Source: Candidatus Oxydemutatoraceae bacterium
GTDB taxonomy: Bacteria; Pseudomonadota; Gammaproteobacteria; Poriferisulfidales; Oxydemutatoraceae
Direction of reading: 5' to 3'
NCBI GenBank assembly: GCA_965220085.1
Contig: CBDCOZ010000003.1
Coordinates: 1,120,001-1,184,000 of the forward strand
DNA length: 64,000 bases
Of the stretch, positions 42,556 to 51,424 are shown piece after piece. The notes beneath the pieces were generated by a model that saw nothing but the letters and a program-made list of their open reading frames with translations, did no database searches and was not told where the DNA came from. Every line of letters begins with the position of its first letter. The first letter of the stretch is position 1. Made by a program: the position numbers and the translations under genes.

Positions 42556-42726
42556 ATGCCTGCTTATGCAACCAAAGATGTGCCTCCGGAAAAATTAGCC
42601 GACTACATAAAGAGGCTGAAAGCAAGCGGCGCAACCGCAGCTTTTGCTGATGAGCAACCCGATGGCAAGTACACCGTTACGTCAACATATCCTGACACGC
42701 AACCTGAAGAACATCCCGAAGAATAA
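42556..42726 (+). CDS. 56-aa small protein (paralog at 56812)
   Basis: AGGAGA RBS; MPAYATKDVPPEKLADYIKRLKASGATAAFADEQPDGKYTVTSTYPD... Confidence 0.7.
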   Translation: MPAYATKDVPPEKLADYIKRLKASGATAAFADEQPDGKYTVTSTYPDTQPEEHPEE

Positions 42727-43207
42727 CACTTGCATAGCAAGGGACTGTCGCAGTCCCCAAGCGACAAGTGATCGCGATGGGTACGCCATTGCCGAGCGCC
42801 GCCTCGCGCCTGACTGATGCAGTGTCGGGGTTGCGCTGTCGAGGTCATAAAACAATCCGCAAACAATTCTGCCGCCATCGCCATCTTGCGCAAGTGCTGG
42901 CGCAAGCGCACACACCCTATTGCCGTTGCCCGGCATATTTCTCGCTACCGCCACACGGCCTGCGTCCCGTGCTCATTTTCTCGCCCGCAGGTTCCGCTAT
43001 CGCGCATAGATCCGTCTTCCCAAACGCCTTCCGCCCGCCCCTGCGAAGGCGTTCATCCGAGCGCCCCGTATGCCCCCCGCAAGCCGGGAAAGCTATTTAG
43101 AATATAGCGGCGCACATGGCGGCCGCAAACAAGAGGGGCATTCTGTGGTAGACTTCTAAGTTAGAACTTTGCTTTTGCTTAGTTAAAAAATAGATTTAAG
43201 GAGGGAA

Positions 43208-44488
43208 ATGATGATAAGAAAAATTCATATCACACCAATTAAAAAATTGTCCTTAGGGCTGGGTTGCATGATGATGCTCCTGGTTACATCCGCTTTTGCG
43301 GGGCCTAAGGTTACGCACGAAGTAGTTTTATCCGATTTGAGCAACCCATGGGACATGGCGTTTCTGCCGGATGGAACGATGTTCTTTACCGAGAAATGCG
43401 ACGGGCTGTCCGTGCTCATGCCATCGGGCAATGTAAACAAATTGCTCGGCATGAAAGATTCCAAGGGCTATGCCAGTTCTGCGAACGATCTCTTTTGCGC
43501 GGGTCAAGCGGGCATGCAAGGCGTGGCCGTCGATCCGGATTTCGCAAAGAATCGTCAGATATATGTCTATTCGACATCCGACAAGGCGGCGCCCGGCTCA
43601 AATCGCCTAATGCGCTTCAAAGTGAATGGCAGTTTCACCGGCGTATCCGACCGGACGGACATTATTCCTGATGTTCCGTATAAGCCCAAAGCGACCGAGC
43701 ATCCGTTCGGAGGGCCCGGCGCGCATAACGGCGGTCGTGTCCGCTTTGGACCGGATGGGTATATCTACCAAACGACCGGCGACACGCACAACGGCGTAGT
43801 GCCGCAAAGTCCGACCATGCTGGGCGGCAAGGTGCTCCGAGTTGACCGCGACGGCAAAGCGGCATCCGGCAACAAGCCGCCGAAAGGTTACGACAAGCGC
43901 ATCTATACCTACGGCCATCGCAACGTGCAAGGCATCGCTTTTCGTCCGAGCGACGGAACGCCGGTGGTAGCCGAACACGGCCCCTGGCACACCGATGAAA
44001 TCACGGTGCTCAAAAACGGCGGCAACGCCGGTTGGGACCCGCGTCCCAACATGGCGGGTCGCGGCGATTGTCCGGAAGGTTACTGCGGTTATATGCCGAA
44101 CCAGATGGAAGGCGTAGATCCCAAGGTACGGTCAAAGTTTATGCCGATGACCGACACCAAGACCTACCCCGACGCAATGCGCCCGGCGACTACGAACAAC
44201 GGCCTCTCCCAAGGCATGTCCAGCGCGGAATTCCTGCGCGGCAGCCAGTGGGGCGAATGGGACGGTCGTCTCGCTGTCGGCATTATGGGTATCGGCTTTG
44301 GCGGAACGCCGGTCGGTCAACGCATAGATGTGGTCAAGCTTGCCTCGGACGGCATGTCCGGCGAAGTGACCTCGGTGTCCTTGCCCATGGCGGCCGGTCG
44401 CTTCCGGTCTGTCGTGCAGGGGCCGGATGGCAGCCTGTATGCGGCTGTGGACGAAGGCACAATCTACAAATTAACACCTAAGAAGTAA
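43208..44488 (+). CDS. PQQ-dependent sugar dehydrogenase (glucose/sorbosone DH family)
   Basis: PWDMAFLPDG, HNGGRVRFGPDG, YGHRNVQG, EHGP. Confidence 0.9.
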   Translation: MMIRKIHITPIKKLSLGLGCMMMLLVTSAFAGPKVTHEVVLSDLSNPWDMAFLPDGTMFFTEKCDGLSVLMPSGNVNKLLGMKDSKGYASSANDLFCAGQAGMQGVAVDPDFAKNRQIYVYSTSDKAAPGSNRLMRFKVNGSFTGVSDRTDIIPDVPYKPKATEHPFGGPGAHNGGRVRFGPDGYIYQTTGDTHNGVVPQSPTMLGGKVLRVDRDGKAASGNKPPKGYDKRIYTYGHRNVQGIAFRPSDGTPVVAEHGPWHTDEITVLKNGGNAGWDPRPNMAGRGDCPEGYCGYMPNQMEGVDPKVRSKFMPMTDTKTYPDAMRPATTNNGLSQGMSSAEFLRGSQWGEWDGRLAVGIMGIGFGGTPVGQRIDVVKLASDGMSGEVTSVSLPMAAGRFRSVVQGPDGSLYAAVDEGTIYKLTPKK

Positions 44489-44588
44489 TACTCTGTCTCT
44501 GCCGCGCTGCCCGACGGTGCGGCAGAGATTCTTCTCGCAGCAATTCTCAACCATACCTGCTAACACACGATCTCTTGCGGTTTCATCA

Positions 44589-44942
44589 ATGAAGATATTG
44601 ACCTTTTTTGTTTTTGTTTTGACGCTGATGCCGAACGCAGCGTTGGCCGAAGAGCGCGCGCCGGACAAGATGCCGACCGAGGCGATGGATACCGACACCG
44701 CGGCAAAAAAGTTTGCCGAGGTGTGTTCCAAGTGTCATGGCCCGACCGGACGAGGGATGGCCAGCTTCCCGCGGCTATCGGACAAAGAGAAAGATTATCT
44801 CGCCAACAGACTCAAGCAGTACCGAGCCGGAGAAAAGGTGGGGCCCAATACTCCTCTGATGGCTCCGCATGCGGTCAATTTGACCGACGCCGAAATCGAC
44901 GGTTTCGCGACTTACATCTCCGCAGTCTTGTCAACCAAGTAA
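44589..44942 (+). CDS. Monoheme class I cytochrome c (c553/c4-like)
   Basis: Signal peptide, CSKCH, FPRL, distal Met. Confidence 0.85.
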   Translation: MKILTFFVFVLTLMPNAALAEERAPDKMPTEAMDTDTAAKKFAEVCSKCHGPTGRGMASFPRLSDKEKDYLANRLKQYRAGEKVGPNTPLMAPHAVNLTDAEIDGFATYISAVLSTK

Positions 44943-44982
44943 GGCCTAATGCCCCGCTAAGTCAGGCAACATAGCCTGACTG

Positions 44983-45108
44983 TATCAGTATCCGCGCCTG
45001 CGTCCCCGGTTGAAGGGCATCTCCGCTAAGATGGTCGCGCGGCGGCAATCGGATGTGGTTTGCAGGGTCGCACAAGCGATTCCCGGCAGGGTTTTCATGC
45101 CGGATTAA
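44983..45108 (+). pseudogene. Degenerate 3' remnant of the LuxR-type HTH gene
   Basis: TATCAGTATCC...GCGCGGCGGCAATCGGAT...CAAGCGATTCCCGGC aligns with 45476-45602. Confidence 0.7.
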
Positions 45109-45190
45109 GGCTATTTCCCGCTATCTTTGGCATTTTTGCTCGCTACAGTGCCGGCGAATCGCCGTGATATGTGTCAAGTAATTGGCAAAT

Positions 45191-45208
45191 ATACCTCATT
45201 TGGGGTAT
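45191..45208 (+). promoter_or_regulatory. 18-bp palindromic box, copy 1
   Basis: ATACCTCATTTGGGGTAT. Confidence 0.75.
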
Positions 45209-45259
45209 GTCTGGCATGCCATTCTGGCCAGAAACAACAAGCATCGATTCTAGGCAAAT

Positions 45260-45304
45260 ATACCCCATTTGAGGGATATACAGCATGCCACAGAAACATA
45301 CCAT
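45260..45304 (+). promoter_or_regulatory. 18-bp box copy 2 with -10 hexamer
   Basis: ATACCCCATTTGAGGGAT-21 bp-TACCAT upstream of the HTH gene. Confidence 0.75.
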
Positions 45305-45332
45305 TAAAGACATAGCATACGGAAAAACCCAT

Positions 45333-45602
45333 ATGTCAGAAGAAGTAATAGATTTAACCAAGGAAGCTGCCAGTGAGCACCTGATTCGTATGTACGGCCT
45401 GACCAAAGCCGAAGCACGTCTCGCATTGGAAGTGACCGGAGGGCTGTTGCTGAAGGAGATTTCAGCAAGACGCAATATCAGTATCCATACTCTGCGCACC
45501 CACTTGAAGAGTATCTTCGTTAAGATGAAGGCGCGGCGGCAATCAGATATGGTGCGCAAAGTCATGCAAGCGACTTCCGGCGGGATTTTCAAGTCGGACT
45601 AA
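45333..45602 (+). CDS. Stand-alone LuxR-type HTH transcriptional regulator
   Basis: YGLTKAEARLA...KEIS..RNISIHTLRTHLKSIF.K...RRQSDMV; no sensor domain. Confidence 0.85.
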   Translation: MSEEVIDLTKEAASEHLIRMYGLTKAEARLALEVTGGLLLKEISARRNISIHTLRTHLKSIFVKMKARRQSDMVRKVMQATSGGIFKSD

Positions 45603-45828
45603 GAACTGCTGTTTATTGTCTGGCGTTGAAACTTGCCCGGCGACAAGCGCCGGCAGATGCCGAGGTATGTCCGGTGTGGTCGCAATGGCGGAAGAACTTT
45701 GCGATCGCTACGGTGCGCCGGCGGATGCCGAGATGTGGTCAAGCAACCGGGAGATTTGCCAACGATGGAAGTTGTGATCGACGGCTTGAACGCGCGATGC
45801 CGAGATATGCGTCAGGTAATTGGGAAAT

Positions 45829-45874
45829 ATACCCCATTTGGGTGATGTCCGGGCAGGCGGAGAAGGTATATCAT
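45829..45874 (+). promoter_or_regulatory. 18-bp box copy 3 with -10 hexamer
   Basis: ATACCCCATTTGGGTGAT-22 bp-TATCAT upstream of haloperoxidase 1. Confidence 0.8.
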
Positions 45875-46011
45875 GAAAAACATAGCCTAAGTACATTTGA
45901 GCTTGGGAGGAGGCGCGCCGGACAATGGCAATATCTGAATATTTAACTGCTATACCGAGCCAGGCTAGAAACCCTGCTCTTACTAATTTATCTTATCGGA
46001 GGTAAAAAATT

Positions 46012-47916
46012 ATGAAAGATCGTCAACAAGCAACTTTTGATTTCCGTGTGAATGCCGCCAAGCTTGCTCGGGATCGTAACCATCCTGAGCACAGAGCAAA
46101 CGGCGAGGAACAACGATACGCAGGCGCAAACTATGCGATGAGCTTCACCAAAGGACTGAAGCATAACCGTAAAACCGGACTTATCTGTGACCCGACGCAT
46201 TTTGAGGCTTTCCGCAAAGCCATAGATGATGCTTTTATAGATCCCTTCACGCTCAATGTGCCGGTAGCTCCGGAGAAAAGAAGAGGTTGGGAAGCGCCGA
46301 CGGCCGGGGTAGCACACGATCTTGAAGGTCCCGATGCCCAAGCGGTGACTATGCCGCCGGCTCCGGAACTTGGTTCAAAAGAGCTCGCTTATGAGATGGC
46401 CGAAGTTTATGAGATGGCCTTGCTCCGAGACAATCCGTTGACTCAATTTCAAACACCAGCCGGAAACCCGCCACCGCCACCGCCAGTTGCGGCCACAATC
46501 GGTCGATTGAATGGTATTGATTATGCGATTGATGGCAGCGAAGGTCGCCCCCGAAAGAACACGAAAGGCGCATTGGATGAGCAGACCCTTTTCCGAGGCT
46601 CTTCGCCGGGTGTTGAGGCCGGGCCCTACTTGTCGCAATTTCTGCTAATTGGCGGCGGATGTTTGGAAGAAGATGTCGAAAGCGGGATGATTGATTATGG
46701 CGCTAATAGCATTGATCAGAGGGTTCCCGTAGCAAGCAAAGAGGATTATATGACCGAGAAAGATGATTACATTGATGTCCAAAATGGCGCAAATCCTTGT
46801 TTCGATAACGGTTGCGAATGCGATGATGCGGATGACAAATCATGCGGGTGCGGCAATGCCGAAGACGGGTGCAACGATGATTGCCGTTGCAGTAATCCAT
46901 GTGTGTGTGATCCTTGCTTGCGCGGGGATTGTCTTGGCGTAACGCTTGACCCGGACGCAAACCCGAAACGTCGTTTTATTTCAACTCCGCGTGATTTGGC
47001 AACCTATGTGCACGTTGATGCTCTGTATCAGGCCTATCTCAATGCGTGCATTATCTTGCTGAACAGCAAAGTGCCGTTTGACCCGGGGTTTGGCGCATTG
47101 TCCGGACAAGCGCCGCTATACCATTTGGGCTCTAAGAACCGGCGGCAGGCAGAAGGCTTTGCGCTCTACGGCGGCCCGCATGTATTGACTTTGGTGACCG
47201 AGGTGGCGACTCGTGCGCTTAAAGCAGTGCGCTATCAGAAGTTTAATAACCATTTGCGCTTGCGCCCGGAAGCATTGGCGGCGCGCATTCACTACAGAGA
47301 GAATATTCGTAAGAAAGTTTGCCCTGATTTTGGTAAGAAACTGACTACAGACTTGTACGCGCGTATTGGAGGTACGGTAGCAGCAATTTCCGGTCAGTCT
47401 GGGACTGAATTATTACCCATGGCTTTCAAAGAAGGTTCGCCGATGCATCCATCCTATGGCGCCGGACATGCTACCGTAGCCGGAGCCTGTGTCACCGTGC
47501 TAAAAGCATTTTTTGATACGAGCACAGTCTTCGTCAAAAGGAAAGTTAAATCGAAATCAGAGCCAGAGGAAGCAAGCACAGTAGTCGCTTTTCGCCGGTG
47601 CAAACGCGGCGACGAGCCCATAGCGTACACCTCAGACTTCAACATTGGTAAAGGAGTTGGAAATGAATTGGTGGAATCAAATCCTGATAAATTCCTCACG
47701 TTGGAAGGGGAGTTAAACAAGTTGGCCGCCAATATTTCTATTGCGCGCAACATGGCGGGTGTGCATTATTTTTCTGACTACTATGACAGCGTGCGTATGG
47801 GCGAGGAAATTGCCATTGGCATACTAGAAGAGCAAGCGCTTGGTTACCCGACCGACCGTTTTGTGATGTCGTTGACTACATTTGACGGCCGCTCCATACG
47901 CATCGGACGACGGTAA
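46012..47916 (+). CDS. Vanadium-dependent haloperoxidase 1
   Basis: QKFNNHLRLRPE, GSPMHPSYGAGHA, ARNMAGVHYFSD; RDLATYVHVDALYQAY. Confidence 0.9.
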   Translation: MKDRQQATFDFRVNAAKLARDRNHPEHRANGEEQRYAGANYAMSFTKGLKHNRKTGLICDPTHFEAFRKAIDDAFIDPFTLNVPVAPEKRRGWEAPTAGVAHDLEGPDAQAVTMPPAPELGSKELAYEMAEVYEMALLRDNPLTQFQTPAGNPPPPPPVAATIGRLNGIDYAIDGSEGRPRKNTKGALDEQTLFRGSSPGVEAGPYLSQFLLIGGGCLEEDVESGMIDYGANSIDQRVPVASKEDYMTEKDDYIDVQNGANPCFDNGCECDDADDKSCGCGNAEDGCNDDCRCSNPCVCDPCLRGDCLGVTLDPDANPKRRFISTPRDLATYVHVDALYQAYLNACIILLNSKVPFDPGFGALSGQAPLYHLGSKNRRQAEGFALYGGPHVLTLVTEVATRALKAVRYQKFNNHLRLRPEALAARIHYRENIRKKVCPDFGKKLTTDLYARIGGTVAAISGQSGTELLPMAFKEGSPMHPSYGAGHATVAGACVTVLKAFFDTSTVFVKRKVKSKSEPEEASTVVAFRRCKRGDEPIAYTSDFNIGKGVGNELVESNPDKFLTLEGELNKLAANISIARNMAGVHYFSDYYDSVRMGEEIAIGILEEQALGYPTDRFVMSLTTFDGRSIRIGRR

Positions 47917-47978
47917 GCAGCACTGAAAAAACCAAATGAAAAAATTATTTCTTATAACAAACAAATCTGGAGACTAAC

Positions 47979-49079
47979 ATGAAAAAATTATTTTTTATTG
48001 GCCTATCTTTTGTCGCCCTGTTGCTGATGACAGCATCAGTGTCGGCTGAACACCTATGCAGAGGAGGTTGCGCATGCCTCGCTAGTAACCCCCTGTGTGA
48101 ACCTTCTTGCGATAACGATGTAAATTGTGTCTTCCGTGGCCATGAAGGCGGCGGCAACGGCAGCGGAGGCGGCGGCGGCAACGGTAGCGGAGGCGGCGAA
48201 GATTTCGTCGAGTGCCGAGCGCCTGCTGTGAACCACTCCGGTACTACATTCGTCGACTTTTACCAAAATTGCGAAGACTGCCGCAACAATCATGGTGGCA
48301 TATGCCAACCATTTGGTGACCGCAGTTGCCCGACCGGCTTCTCTCCGATTGAAGTGAGTCCAGGCACCTCCCGCCATTGCGTAACCAGCGCCGGCGGTGT
48401 CGAGGGCGACTACTGCCTGCAAGATGTCAGTAATAGAATTGAAGTTGTATCCGGTTACTCTTGCCATCAATGCCGCACCCTGTTTGACGGCAGCTGCCGC
48501 ACAAGCCAAAGTTGCCCCGCCGGCTACAGTAGAGATGAGAGCGTCACCGGCTTCTTTTGCACCCGTGGCGGCGGTAGCGGCGGAGGCGGTGGCGGCGGTA
48601 ACGATACCCACCCGCATCGCAATAGCGCAAGCCAACTGCAAATAGGAAGGAGCGCCTCAGGATCTGTCTCGATGCCGGGGGATGTCAATTACACCCGTGT
48701 CACACTGTCTAGGCGGATGTTTGTTACTATTCAAACCACCGGCGGAACTGACACAGTGGGACGACTGGAAAACAGTTCGGGCGGAGTGTTGATTACTAAC
48801 GATGACGGTGGCTCAACCCCTAATTTCAGCATTAGCGGAGTTCTTGAGCCAGGTACTTACTACATCAGAGTTTCAGGCTATGAGAATACGACAGGCAATT
48901 ACATGCTGACCACAACTGGCCGCGAACCCCGTGATGGTGATCCGGTCATCAGTAGCAGCGGCGGCGGCGGAGGCGGCGGCGGAGGCGCTCTGTCACTGGC
49001 CGCGTTGCTCGCGCTGTTGAGTCTTGTCGCGGTTGCGGCGATGCATCGTCGCGCAAGTCTTTTGCGCAGACAACCTTGA
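47979..49079 (+). CDS. Secreted Cys-rich protein with PPC-like domain and GlyGly-CTERM
   Basis: Signal peptide, Cys-rich modules with Gly linkers, NDDGG..NF.I...LEPGTYYI, poly-G/TM/RR tail. Confidence 0.8.
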   Translation: MKKLFFIGLSFVALLLMTASVSAEHLCRGGCACLASNPLCEPSCDNDVNCVFRGHEGGGNGSGGGGGNGSGGGEDFVECRAPAVNHSGTTFVDFYQNCEDCRNNHGGICQPFGDRSCPTGFSPIEVSPGTSRHCVTSAGGVEGDYCLQDVSNRIEVVSGYSCHQCRTLFDGSCRTSQSCPAGYSRDESVTGFFCTRGGGSGGGGGGGNDTHPHRNSASQLQIGRSASGSVSMPGDVNYTRVTLSRRMFVTIQTTGGTDTVGRLENSSGGVLITNDDGGSTPNFSISGVLEPGTYYIRVSGYENTTGNYMLTTTGREPRDGDPVISSSGGGGGGGGGALSLAALLALLSLVAVAAMHRRASLLRRQP

Positions 49080-49188
49080 TACCGCTCTGTAGAGGATATG
49101 ACAAATATAATTAAGAGAGACGAAAGCAAACCATACTCTTAACCCTCTGAGTAAGAAACAGTCAGATACTCTGATTGGTTGTGCCCTG

Positions 49189-49220
49189 AGCCACGGTACC
49201 GCCGGTGCCGTGGCTTTTTT
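49189..49220 (+). terminator. Intrinsic terminator
   Basis: AGCCACGGTACC-GCC-GGTGCCGTGGCT plus T-run. Confidence 0.8.
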
Positions 49221-49351
49221 ATGTTGCGAGATCCGCTATCCGCAAAGCGCAGAACAGCAATAAGGAAACCGGACTATTGTCTCTGGCGTTGGAACTTGCC
49301 CGCAACAGGTGCTAACGGGTGTCAAGATTATGTATCAGGCAACCGGGAAAT

Positions 49352-49396
49352 ATACCCCATTTGGGGGATGTACAACATGTGGCGGAAGTGTAGTAT
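49352..49396 (+). promoter_or_regulatory. 18-bp box copy 4 with -10 hexamer
   Basis: ATACCCCATTTGGGGGAT-21 bp-TAGTAT. Confidence 0.8.
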
Positions 49397-49436
49397 CTAC
49401 TGAAACATAAATATTAATTAAGGGAAGGCTTTTCAA

Positions 49437-51383
49437 ATGAACTTACGAAATAGATATTGTGTTAAGCGAGGGAAATTGCTGAGGCTATTCATTCCATCGT
49501 TCAGATGTAGTTTTAACAGTCGGGCGAGACTTTGCTGGCTATTGTTAGCGTGTTCGCTTTTTATGACTGCGTGTGGTTGGAGCTACAAAGATGAAGGGGC
49601 AATTGACTATCGCAAAGCTGAGATTTTAGTTAAGGATGGGAAAGCCATACTTGAACCTACCGCTTTCACGAACAAACCATCACAACCGCGTAATGAACAG
49701 CCGCGTAACGAACAACATGAGCTCATCCGTGTCGCGCGTCTGGACCGAAAAAATGTGTTACATGATAGCAGTGAAACAAAATTTTCTGATGACGACGCAA
49801 TTTGTATAAGACTTATATCTGCTTATATCGAGGAATATTCAGAAGGCCCACTCAGTATAGTAGGGGATGCTTTCTTTAAAGGACAATTCCGACCAAGAGG
49901 GGAAATTGCTGTTGTTGTCAATGCTTTTAAGATTACAGATGAAAAGAGTTTTGACTTTAGCGATGACAGTATAAATGAGGGGAAAATAGTTTTTTACTCT
50001 GATGATGTTGTTGAAGGGCAATTTCTAAATTTTAACAATATGCCTATTTATGGCCCCTACTCCGTCGATAAAATGAGAGGCATGGGTTTGGAGATATGGA
50101 TTATGGAGTTGGATATACAAGATGCGCTAACCGGCAAACTACTTGAGACCATAGCCGCACAAAGAGGGAAAGGAGTACTCACTGCATTGCCCGGGCATAC
50201 TATCTTGGAATCTTTAGGGAGCACTTTAATAAATTCTGTTAATACTGATAATTCTAATGACACCGATTTTCTCTATCGAGTTTTATTGGAACGCAAAGAA
50301 AACGCAATACTGCCGTATCCCGCTTTGGAGGTTGGGCATTATGTGTTTATTCGTGCCCCTCGAGGTAACGAAATATCCGGAATGCCTCTGGAACTTCCAG
50401 CTATCGAAGATATCAAAGATATCAGAAATATACTGGAAACCAAAGATATCAATTGGGCAAATTTGCGCCTTGATGAAAATACTGGACGATTATATAAAGC
50501 AGAGTGTGAGGACAATAACAACGATGTCGGAAAGGGTGCCAAAGATAGTCAGGAGAATAATAATAACAATGTGTCCGGAAAGAATGCCAAAGATAGTCAG
50601 GAGAATAATAACAACAATGTGTCCGGAAAGAGTGCCAAAGGTAGTCAGGAGAATAACAACAACAATGTGTCCGGAAAGAGTGCCAAAGGTAGCCAGGAGA
50701 ATAACAACAACAATAAGCCCGGAAATGGCGCCAAAGATAGTCAGAAAGGTAGTAAGAAAGGTGACAGCAAATGCAAATACCGAGAGTTCACAGATTATAA
50801 TTACTTAGTTATTAAGATTGACAAAGGTTCGGGCGACAATTTAAGTATCGTAAATAAAGCCTATGGTGATTTCACACGAGCTTTAAAAGCATCGGAGCTT
50901 AAGCGCAGTCGTAAAATCATAGATCGGGTTAACTTGAATGCGAGATTATCTGACCTTAAAGAGAAGTTTAGAAAGTATCGTAAAGATCATAAAGACAAGG
51001 CTGTTGATAATAAAGCTGATCTGGTGGCCTCCTTTAAACTTCTGTGGGCGGATATTCAGCCCTCTATAATGCAACATCGGTCGCCTAATAATCAAGCGGC
51101 GGTTGAACCTCCGGACTTTACGCGACGAGAATTAGAGGAGGTTGCCATTGAATTAGAGAGACAGATGGTCAAGACCTGTACCCCTAATGGCGACACTACT
51201 TCTAGTGGCAATAGTAGTCCGTACGATTGGTTTCCCTCTACACAGGAGACGCGTACCGAAACTGAGATTATCGACGCTATCAAAAATATCGAAACTAAAA
51301 TAGTTAAGCATATAAACGCCTGCATGCCGGTCAGCAGCAAACCTTCTTCAATCTCCACAAATTCTTCCCAAACAGGCAGTTAA
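49437..51383 (+). CDS. Hypothetical lipoprotein with Asn-rich tandem repeats
   Basis: Lipobox-like MTAC; 648 aa; start codon uncertain. Confidence 0.7.
   Translation: MNLRNRYCVKRGKLLRLFIPSFRCSFNSRARLCWLLLACSLFMTACGWSYKDEGAIDYRKAEILVKDGKAILEPTAFTNKPSQPRNEQPRNEQHELIRVARLDRKNVLHDSSETKFSDDDAICIRLISAYIEEYSEGPLSIVGDAFFKGQFRPRGEIAVVVNAFKITDEKSFDFSDDSINEGKIVFYSDDVVEGQFLNFNNMPIYGPYSVDKMRGMGLEIWIMELDIQDALTGKLLETIAAQRGKGVLTALPGHTILESLGSTLINSVNTDNSNDTDFLYRVLLERKENAILPYPALEVGHYVFIRAPRGNEISGMPLELPAIEDIKDIRNILETKDINWANLRLDENTGRLYKAECEDNNNDVGKGAKDSQENNNNNVSGKNAKDSQENNNNNVSGKSAKGSQENNNNNVSGKSAKGSQENNNNNKPGNGAKDSQKGSKKGDSKCKYREFTDYNYLVIKIDKGSGDNLSIVNKAYGDFTRALKASELKRSRKIIDRVNLNARLSDLKEKFRKYRKDHKDKAVDNKADLVASFKLLWADIQPSIMQHRSPNNQAAVEPPDFTRRELEEVAIELERQMVKTCTPNGDTTSSGNSSPYDWFPSTQETRTETEIIDAIKNIETKIVKHINACMPVSSKPSSISTNSSQTGS
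50508..50745 (+). repeat. 48-bp coding tandem repeat (AKDSQENNNNNVSGKx)
   Basis: 4-5 copies of a 16-aa unit. Confidence 0.85.
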
Positions 51384-51424
51384 AGCGTTCATTTCGTGTG
51401 TGTTGACAATCAGTCGAAGGAGAA

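Noticed and set aside
42740-43000. Possible decayed glyoxalase/VOC-like gene on the minus strand
   Set aside because: Only short fragments across frames with stops; too weak to call
43208-44942. PQQ dehydrogenase plus cytochrome c as H2O2 source for the haloperoxidases
   Set aside because: This enzyme family passes electrons to carriers rather than making peroxide, and these genes lack the 18-bp box
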